Of a stretch of 64,000 bases of DNA, positions 56,975 through 64,000 are shown piece by piece. Under the pieces are notes generated by a model. It had not been told where the DNA came from. It saw nothing but the letters and a program-made list of their open reading frames with translations, and did no database searches. This DNA is from Obrimoposthia wandeli (Eukaryota), in assembly GCA_977020255.1 (NCBI GenBank), contig CDROCS010000253.1, positions 1,798,001-1,862,000 on the forward strand, read 5' to 3'. Made by a program: the position numbers and the translations under genes. Numbering within the stretch: position 1 is the first letter of the stretch; each line of letters starts with the position of its first letter.

Positions 56975-57781
56975 TTAGTAGTTATGGTACAAGCCGAATT
57001 TTTGGTTTATCTTCAAGTTTTGCTTATTAGCCCAAACGTAATATTCTTGATCTTCTAATTCATTTGCCGCTTCTTTATCAAGTAATATAATAGCGTTTTC
57101 ATGTAGCTGTAACGCAGATGCTGGACAAGCCGAGGATAATGCACCTGTTACCATATCTTTTACTGCTTTTGCCTTATTTTTACCCGTTGCCATAAGTAGT
57201 ACATACCTAGCATCTAGGATGGTAGCAATGCCCATAGTCATGGCTAACGTTGGTTGAAACTCATCAGCAGTAAATAAACGACTGTTATCAGCTACGGTTT
57301 GTTGAGTGAGTGTTTTAATGCGAGTACGTGACGCTAAACTTGAAGTCGGCTCATTAAAGCCAATATGGCCATTGGCACCAATGCCTAAAATTTGTAAGTC
57401 TACACCACCAGCTTGAGCAATCTTATCTTCGTAAGCTAAGCCTTTTTTTCTGGGATTTTCACCCTTATGACAAGTAGGTACGAAGGTCTTAGATTTATCA
57501 ATATCAACATGATTGAATAAATTTACATTCATGAAGTGACGGTAACTTTGTTCATTTTTTTCATCAATACCTAAGTATTCATCTAAATTGAAACTTGTGG
57601 TATTACTAAAACTAAGTTCGCCAGCTTTATATTTATTAACTAATGCTTGGTAAAGGCTAATAGGCGTGCTGCCTGTTGCCAAACCTAAAACAGGATTTGA
57701 CTTTTTATTGATTAACTCTGTAACCCATTCGGCTGCACTTTCAGCAACTTGTTGTGCATCATCAAAAATAATAACTTGCAT
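56975..57781 (-). CDS. nagB: Glucosamine-6-phosphate deaminase
   Basis: GLATGSTP, NLDEY, GIGANGHIGFNEP, TMGIATI, CPASALQLH. Confidence 0.95.
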   Translation of the reverse strand: MQVIIFDDAQQVAESAAEWVTELINKKSNPVLGLATGSTPISLYQALVNKYKAGELSFSNTTSFNLDEYLGIDEKNEQSYRHFMNVNLFNHVDIDKSKTFVPTCHKGENPRKKGLAYEDKIAQAGGVDLQILGIGANGHIGFNEPTSSLASRTRIKTLTQQTVADNSRLFTADEFQPTLAMTMGIATILDARYVLLMATGKNKAKAVKDMVTGALSSACPASALQLHENAIILLDKEAANELEDQEYYVWANKQNLKINQKFGLYHNY

Positions 57782-57883
57782 GTTTTTTCCTTAGAAAAAT
57801 TAAATTAAATACAGGAACGCAGTGCCCTCACATTTAAAGCGATATACTTTTTATAATTATATAGCATACACATTATTAAAAAA

Positions 57884-57897
57884 TGACAGCGCTGTCA
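57884..57897. promoter_or_regulatory. LacI-family (NagR-type) operator TGACAGCGCTGTCA
   Basis: Perfect 14-bp palindrome about 100 bp upstream of nagB. Confidence 0.75.
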
Positions 57898-58091
57898 ATT
57901 ATTAATGATGTTTGTCGTAGCTACCTACAACTATTTATCTGTTCCTCGCTATAGCCATGTTATCTCCGAATCCTACCTGTGGAGGTGGCATGGGTATAGT
58001 TGTTTTTTTCGCTAAAATTTTAGACATAATACCTTATTGAGCGCATGATGAACTTCATGCTTTACTAAAAGATAATCATTGAGAAATTGTC

Positions 58092-59549
58092 ATGAGTAAT
58101 AAAGGCTTACGAACCACTGAGCAGTGGATTGATCTTATCGCTAATAGTGAACTACCCGCTATTACCTCTACTGCGAAAATGTTAGATACATTTTCTAATG
58201 ATGATAAGTCATCGTTAACAAAATTAAGTGAGGCTATCTTGCATGATCAAGGTTTATCCTCGTGCTTGCTTAAAGTGGCTAATAATATTCAACATATTAG
58301 TATTAATAAAGTCACCACAGTTTCTCGAGCAACAGTAGTGCTTGGTACTCAAACAGTCAAAAACATTTGCTTAACGTCAAAGTTAGTCTCTAGCTTATTG
58401 GCGTCGAAGAACCTTGATATTAATGTTTATGAGCATTTAACCCAGCTTATGGCTAATTCATTTTATGCCGGTATGCTAGCTAAAATGATGGTGCCTAATT
58501 ATAGCGAGGAACTGCAAGAAGAACTTTATCTTGCGGCTATGTTATATCGTATAGGTGAAACTGCTTTTTGGAGTACGGGCGGTGATGTAGCTAAAAAACT
58601 GGCAAGTTATGAGGCGAAATCTACTCAAGATTTTAATCAATATTGTCAGCAAGAAATGGGCACCAATTTTAATGAATTAAGTAAAGGCCTTGCGGGGAGT
58701 TGGAGTTTGAGTGATCTATTAATCAAAGCATTGGATCAGCCTACTACGCGTACCAATGAAGTGAAAATGATCTACTTTGCCGATAAACTCAGTACTGTTA
58801 TTGCAAAGCCAGAGGGTAGTGAGGAAGACTACCGTCGTTTATTAGCAGACATTGCCAAAATGATGAATATTACGACTAGACAATTAACGGTAAGAATCAA
58901 TCATACTCGAGAGCAAGCAACTAAGTTACTATCATCCTATAACGCAGAGATATTAACGGACCGTATTAAGAGTCTTCCTACGAGTAAAGACTTTGCAGTT
59001 CACGAGGAAGCGTTTAACACTGCAGAACCTGAAAGTAGGGATAAAGCTTTACTAAATAGCTTTATGAAACTTACTAAATTGATGCAACATAGCAAAGATT
59101 TTAATGAGTATTTTCAGATTGCATTAGAAGATATAGCTAATATCTTCGCTTTTGATCGAAGCTCATTTTTAATGCTGGTTGATGATAGAGTTAGGGTTAA
59201 GTCACGATTAGTGGTTGATAGAAATGCACAAGACGATGAGATAAAAATTAATATTGATATTAAGCAAGTTGACAATATTATTAGTAGGGTGTTTAGCACG
59301 GACACACCTGTCTTGATTAATGATCAGCAAGATATTCGTTGGTGTGATTTAATCACTCAAGATATTAGTGAACTCATTGATGATGGTGTCGTCGCTTTTA
59401 TTCCCGTAAAAATAGGGCGAAAAGCTATAGGTTTGATATGTATACAGCTAACGACACCTAATGAAAAAATATCTAAGCAAGATTTTCAGCAAGTATGTGC
59501 CTTTATTGACCACCTTAATATGTGTTTAACCATGATAAAGTACAGTTAA
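58092..59549 (+). CDS. HDOD-domain protein with a C-terminal GAF-like domain
   Basis: ELPAITST, ILHDQGLS..LLKVAN, AAMLYRIGE; C-terminal PVKIG..AIGLI. Confidence 0.82.
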   Translation: MSNKGLRTTEQWIDLIANSELPAITSTAKMLDTFSNDDKSSLTKLSEAILHDQGLSSCLLKVANNIQHISINKVTTVSRATVVLGTQTVKNICLTSKLVSSLLASKNLDINVYEHLTQLMANSFYAGMLAKMMVPNYSEELQEELYLAAMLYRIGETAFWSTGGDVAKKLASYEAKSTQDFNQYCQQEMGTNFNELSKGLAGSWSLSDLLIKALDQPTTRTNEVKMIYFADKLSTVIAKPEGSEEDYRRLLADIAKMMNITTRQLTVRINHTREQATKLLSSYNAEILTDRIKSLPTSKDFAVHEEAFNTAEPESRDKALLNSFMKLTKLMQHSKDFNEYFQIALEDIANIFAFDRSSFLMLVDDRVRVKSRLVVDRNAQDDEIKINIDIKQVDNIISRVFSTDTPVLINDQQDIRWCDLITQDISELIDDGVVAFIPVKIGRKAIGLICIQLTTPNEKISKQDFQQVCAFIDHLNMCLTMIKYS

Positions 59550-59685
59550 ATATTAGGCTAAGTTTATCGTCTATTTTTCAGCTAATCATGACGTTAATAC
59601 GTTTGTAAATGTAGATACAATTAGTTACTCGTTTTAGCAGGTCTTCTGATAAACTAGCCATAATTTTATTTGTTAATGCACTATA

Positions 59686-60231
59686 GTGCCTAAATTCCCA
59701 ATGACCCAATCTTCAACATCTCAACTAAACTCATATACAGCCAGCTTTACTTTAGATAAAGCCCACTATAACGAATGCTATACTCAATCTAGTACTTTAG
59801 CACATGATAAAAAAACCTATTTCAAAGCTAATGTTTTAACGGTGTTTGGTTTGATTATTTTATTCGCTACACCAGTAAATCCATACGCCGCTTGGTTTGT
59901 TATTGCATTAGGACTAATAGAAACGGTTAGTGTTTATTATCATAAACCTTGGTGGGTGATTAGACAGATGCTTAGTAAAGCGTCTAACAGTGTAGTAAAA
60001 CTTACCATTGATGACCAAGGCATATTGACAGAGTCATTTCATATAAATAGTCGTATTTTGTGGGCTGATGTTACTACTATCACTGAAAAAGACTTAGGTT
60101 TTGTGATTTTCTTTACTTTAGGGAAAAGTCTTACTGGCAAAGATATTGCTAGTAAGAGCTATATATCTAAAGCTTGTTTATCAGATGGAGCTAGCGCTTT
60201 TATCGCGAATAAAAACCCCGCTATAGCTTAG
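59686..60231 (+). CDS. YcxB-family membrane protein
   Basis: Two TM helices followed by the IDDQGI...ILWADV soluble domain. Confidence 0.7.
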   Translation: MPKFPMTQSSTSQLNSYTASFTLDKAHYNECYTQSSTLAHDKKTYFKANVLTVFGLIILFATPVNPYAAWFVIALGLIETVSVYYHKPWWVIRQMLSKASNSVVKLTIDDQGILTESFHINSRILWADVTTITEKDLGFVIFFTLGKSLTGKDIASKSYISKACLSDGASAFIANKNPAIA

Positions 60232-60481
60232 GTCAACACAGCTACATTAGAATGGTTAAATATGAAGTAGCTCAGTTGAAATAAAGACACCTATGGCTAA
60301 ATATGCATTCAGGCGGGTATCAAGCTCTAAAGGTATAGTGCCATTTTAGTGTTATGAGCCTGCTTACTTTGAACTGTCGGCGTCATATTTACCTCCTCAG
60401 ATGAAGTTTTTTGGTTTGTTGGTTACTGCTAAGTGGTGCTGTTAGCTTACGTTAAACGTCAATGAGATAATAAAAACCTTA

Positions 60482-60531
60482 ATAAGAATGATTCGTAAAA
60501 GCCTTGACAGTTGTTGTTGTCCTTGTACAAT
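60482..60531 (+). promoter_or_regulatory. Fur-like box plus sigma70 promoter of the Fe(III) ABC operon
   Basis: TAAGAAT-G-ATTCGTA (7-1-7 like) just upstream of TTGACA (60504-60509)-N16-TACAAT (60526-60531). Confidence 0.65.
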
Positions 60532-60560
60532 TCGCTCATAGTATTTTACTGAGTCTACTT

Positions 60561-61583
60561 ATGTTGACAAAATTTTTTATTCCCCTGTTTATCACATTCT
60601 TTTTTACAACGAGTTTTATGAGCGCTTTTAGTGCTAGTGCCAGTGAAGAAGTTAATGTTTACTCCTACCGACAACTATTCCTTGTTGAGCCTTTATTTAG
60701 CCAATTTACCGAGAAAACTGGTATTAAAGTCAATGTGGTTTTTGCTAAAAAGGGTATGGCTGAACGTTTAGCTCGTGAAGGTAAGTATAGTCCGGCTGAT
60801 ATACTACTCACCACAGATATTAGTCGTTTGATTGAATTACGCGATAAAGATTTAGTGCAAGCAGTTAACTCTTCAATATTAAGCAGCGCTATCCCTAAGC
60901 AATATCAAGCACAAGACAATACTTGGTTTGCCTTAACAACGCGCGTCCGTAATATTTATTCAGCGAAACGTTTAGGAAAAATAGATCTAAATTATGAAGA
61001 TTTAGCGGATGAAAAATATAAGGGCCGTGTTTGTACGCGTAGCGGTAAACACCCTTATACTGTTGCCTTAGTTGCGTCTATGATCAGTGAACATGGCGAA
61101 GCTTATACGCTAGATTGGCTGAAAAAAGTTAAGAATAACTTAGCACGTAAGCCTCAAGGCAGTGACCGTGCTCAAGTGCAGGCGATTCATCAAAAGCTGT
61201 GTGATCTTTCTTTAGGTAATAGTTACTACTTTGGCAAAATGCTAAAGGATGAAAAACAAAAAATTTGGGCTGATGAAGTGTACATTAATTTCCCTAACCA
61301 AAAAAATCGCGGTGCCCATATTAATATCTCAGGCGTTGCCATGGCTAAATATGCCCCTAACGAAAAAAATGCTAAAGCGTTAATGGAGTTTTTAGTCTCT
61401 AAACCTGCGCAAGCGTTATACGCACAAACGAATATGGAATATCCCGTTCGAGAAGATGTTGCTGTATCCAAGCTGGTTGCTTCTTGGGGCAGTTATAAAG
61501 CAGATACTTTACCGCTAGAAGATATTGCTAAAAACCGTAAAACAGCATTAAAGCTACTAGATCAAGCACAGTTTGATTTGTGA
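60561..61583 (+). CDS. fbpA: Fe(III) ABC substrate-binding protein (FbpA/FutA)
   Basis: VNVYSYRQ, SPADILLT, HPYTVAL, GNSYYFG. The ORF-track TTG at 60504 is the -35 element, so ATG 60561 is preferred. Confidence 0.9.
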   Translation: MLTKFFIPLFITFFFTTSFMSAFSASASEEVNVYSYRQLFLVEPLFSQFTEKTGIKVNVVFAKKGMAERLAREGKYSPADILLTTDISRLIELRDKDLVQAVNSSILSSAIPKQYQAQDNTWFALTTRVRNIYSAKRLGKIDLNYEDLADEKYKGRVCTRSGKHPYTVALVASMISEHGEAYTLDWLKKVKNNLARKPQGSDRAQVQAIHQKLCDLSLGNSYYFGKMLKDEKQKIWADEVYINFPNQKNRGAHINISGVAMAKYAPNEKNAKALMEFLVSKPAQALYAQTNMEYPVREDVAVSKLVASWGSYKADTLPLEDIAKNRKTALKLLDQAQFDL

Positions 61584-63208
61584 TAGCACTGTACAACAGT
61601 AGAACATGGAAGTTATCTAGCTATTCAATAGCACTGGTATTGATAGTGCCAGTGTTGGTTATGCTAGTCGGTGGCGTTAGTGCTTCAACGCAGCTGTTTG
61701 TCCATTTATGGCAAACAGTGCTGCCCAGTTATCTTGAAAATACTTTATTGCTTGCCTTTTGGGTGGTGTTATTGGCGTTATTTTTTGGCGTGTTTAGTGC
61801 CGCCATCATCACACAAACCAACATTGTTTTTAAGCAACAGCTACGTTGGTTATTACTCTTACCCTTAGCGATGCCCGCCTATTTAGTTGCTTACTTATAT
61901 ACTGATTTATTTGATTATGCTGGCCCAGTACAGCGTGCTTTAAGAGGCTGGTTTGGTTGGCAATCGCCAAATGATTATTGGTTTTTTGATATTAGGACCT
62001 TACCTGGTGCTGCTTTAATGTTGGCGTTGGTGTTATTTCCCTATATTTATATGCTCACTCGTGGCGCTTTTGAGCAACAAGATCAAAACTTAATTCGCGC
62101 GAGTCGATTACTTGGTTTAACAGTAAAACAAAGTTTCTTTAAAGTTGCCTTACCTTTAGCAAGACCTGCTATTGCCGTTTCGGCGAGTCTTGTTTTAATG
62201 GAAACCCTAGCTGATTTTGCCACTGTACAATATTTCTCTGTTAATACCTTAACGACTGCTATTTATGATACTTGGCTTGGTTATGGCGATCTTGGTGCAG
62301 CTAATGCCCTAGCTAGTATTTTGATGTTATTAGTATTATTTGTCGTGTTAGCAGAACAAAGAAGTAGGGCAGGGCTACGTCACCAAAGCGCTAGACCTAA
62401 CTTAAATCGAGAACTTATCGAGTTATCTGTTAGCCAACAACTTATTGCCAGTGTTTTTTGCTGGGCACTGGTCATTTTAGGTTTTTTATTACCGTTAACC
62501 TTGTTGATTATTATGGCGGTTCAATACAGTGATGTTACACAATTATCTGTTTTATTGTCTACCGGTGTTAATTCATTGAAGGTGTCAGTCTTTGCGGCGA
62601 CAATTGCGGTAGTTATTGCGTTATCATTAGGTTTATATCAGCGTTTACACAATGATAAATATCGAAAAATTCCACAACTGATATCAGGTTTTGGTTATGC
62701 GGTACCTGGAACCGTGCTCGCTATGGCTATGTTGTCGACATTAGGGCCATTAGATCACTGGATTAATGGGGTTGCTGAGTTTTTAGGTTTTACCGCGCCA
62801 GGATTAATCTTATCAGGTTCATTGTTCGCTATTGTATTTGCGCTGGTCGTACGTTTTTCAGCGATAGCTAATGGCACCATTGCCAGTGGCATAAAACAAA
62901 TTCCTCAATCCTTAGATTATGCACCAGCAACGTTAGGCGTTAACCTGACTGGGAGTTTAACTAAGGTACATTTACCTATTTTAACGCCGACAATTCTGGT
63001 GGCATGGTTATTAGTTTTTGTTGAAGCAATGAAAGAATTACCGGCAGTATTATTATTACGGCCTTTTAATTTTGAAACGTTAAGTAGTCAAATTTATCAG
63101 CTTATTTCTGATGAAATGTTAGAGCAAGGCGCTTTAGGGGCAATCCTCATTGTGTTGTTTGGCCTATTACCTATAGTGTTGCTGAATAAGAGTAAGGAAA
63201 AAGTATGA
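61580..63208 (+). CDS. fbpB: Fe(III) ABC permease
   Basis: Duplicated permease halves; LPLAMPAY, LPLARPA, KELPAVLLLRPFNFETL. Confidence 0.9.
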   Translation: MIALYNSRTWKLSSYSIALVLIVPVLVMLVGGVSASTQLFVHLWQTVLPSYLENTLLLAFWVVLLALFFGVFSAAIITQTNIVFKQQLRWLLLLPLAMPAYLVAYLYTDLFDYAGPVQRALRGWFGWQSPNDYWFFDIRTLPGAALMLALVLFPYIYMLTRGAFEQQDQNLIRASRLLGLTVKQSFFKVALPLARPAIAVSASLVLMETLADFATVQYFSVNTLTTAIYDTWLGYGDLGAANALASILMLLVLFVVLAEQRSRAGLRHQSARPNLNRELIELSVSQQLIASVFCWALVILGFLLPLTLLIIMAVQYSDVTQLSVLLSTGVNSLKVSVFAATIAVVIALSLGLYQRLHNDKYRKIPQLISGFGYAVPGTVLAMAMLSTLGPLDHWINGVAEFLGFTAPGLILSGSLFAIVFALVVRFSAIANGTIASGIKQIPQSLDYAPATLGVNLTGSLTKVHLPILTPTILVAWLLVFVEAMKELPAVLLLRPFNFETLSSQIYQLISDEMLEQGALGAILIVLFGLLPIVLLNKSKEKV

Positions 63209-64000
63209 CCGCGTTGTTAACTATCCAACAGCTTTCTATCACACTGCAAAATAAAGTTATCTTATCCGCGTTCGATTTAAGTCTTAATGAAGGAGATATT
63301 TTAGGACTTGTTGGCGCCAGTGGTTGCGGTAAAACAACCTTACTTAATGCTATTGCTGGTTTTAGTAAGCCAAGTAAAGGGCAAATTACAATTGATGGAC
63401 ATTTACTGAATGATGGTGGGCACAATGTACCGGCAGAGCAACGTCAAGTAGGTATGATTTTCCAAGATTATGCGTTATTTCCACACTTAACAGTAAAAGA
63501 GAATATTGCTTTTGGCATAAGTAAACTAAGCAAAACAGAGCAACTTCAACAAATTGAGCTCTTACTGACGATATTAAAGCTAAACGATCACAGTAATAGC
63601 TATATTCATCAGCTTTCTGGTGGTCAACAGCAACGTGTCGCCATTGCGAGGGCTTTAGCACCGAAACCTAAATTATTGTTACTCGATGAACCCTTTTCAA
63701 ATATTGATGCCCGCCTTAGAAATGAATTGATGGTAGAGATAAGGCAGTTGTTAAAGCAGTTTAAGACGACCGCTATTTTTGTAACCCATAATAAAGATGA
63801 AGTATTCACTTTTGCTGACAAAATGGCAGTGATGGCACAGGGGAGATTATTACAATTTGATGGGCCAAGTATTCTTTGCCAGCAACCGAATAGTTATCAG
63901 GTTGCTGATTTTTTACAGCTTGGCAGTTGGCTTCCTTGCCAAGTTAACTCAGTAAGTGCGCAGTGTTTGTTAGGTGATCTTGCTATAGAAAATAGTAGTG
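63205..64000 (+). CDS. fbpC: Fe(III) ABC ATP-binding protein, truncated by window end
   Basis: Not in ORF track. ATG 63205 overlaps the fbpB TGA; GASGCGKTT, FQDYALFPHL, LSGGQQQRVA, LLDEPFS. Confidence 0.9.
   Translation, partial: MTALLTIQQLSITLQNKVILSAFDLSLNEGDILGLVGASGCGKTTLLNAIAGFSKPSKGQITIDGHLLNDGGHNVPAEQRQVGMIFQDYALFPHLTVKENIAFGISKLSKTEQLQQIELLLTILKLNDHSNSYIHQLSGGQQQRVAIARALAPKPKLLLLDEPFSNIDARLRNELMVEIRQLLKQFKTTAIFVTHNKDEVFTFADKMAVMAQGRLLQFDGPSILCQQPNSYQVADFLQLGSWLPCQVNSVSAQCLLGDLAIENSS

Noticed and set aside
57946-57992. Imperfect long hairpin upstream of the HDOD gene as an sRNA
   Set aside because: A single unsupported stem with no second copy or recognisable family.
60504-60560. TTG start for fbpA
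   Set aside because: It coincides with the TTGACA -35 hexamer, so it lies upstream of the predicted transcription start.
440-63821. Many short alternative-frame or antisense ORFs in the track (e.g. 440-640, 3281-3640, 12313-13189, 15436-15774, 48965-49513, 63171-63821)
   Set aside because: They overlap well-supported genes, show no family motifs, and are expected shadows of long ORFs.
1-64000. CRISPR array, tRNA/rRNA, integrase, transposase or prophage genes
   Set aside because: No regularly spaced repeat-spacer units or recognisable motifs were seen; the ATACGTAT repeats are irregularly spaced operators.

Overview
AT-rich chromosome segment, most consistent with a Colwellia-like marine Alteromonadales genome (inferred from gene content). 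(1) A starch/maltodextrin system is split into two loci: 1-9 kb (MFS sugar permease, glk, GH31, two GH13) and 37-45.5 kb (halogenase-like gene, TonB receptor, pullulanase). Eight copies of one LacI-type palindrome (core ATACGTAT) link them. (2) A methylglycine/one-carbon island at 9.1-27 kb holds folE, purU, soxBDAG, glyA, an NhaC-family transporter, an RR/binding-protein/hybrid-kinase trio, a porin, a decayed sdaA and an XRE-cupin regulator. A near-identical 41-42 bp box precedes both the transporter and the porin. (3) Mixed genes lie at 27-37 kb, including an MFS protein with a long helical-repeat tail. (4) An AT-rich accessory block at 45.6-52.3 kb encodes a PlsC with a winged-helix-like tail, an FHA regulator, a non-RD Ser/Thr kinase-TPR receptor and a small secreted repeat protein; this trio is the best candidate for an undescribed system. 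(5) Core genes at 52.5-64 kb: yadGH-like ABC, TrmB-like, panP, nagB, HDOD, YcxB, Fe(III) ABC. ERIC-like MITEs are present. No rRNA, tRNA, CRISPR array, integrase or transposase was seen. All assignments come from reading motifs by eye; no searches were run.
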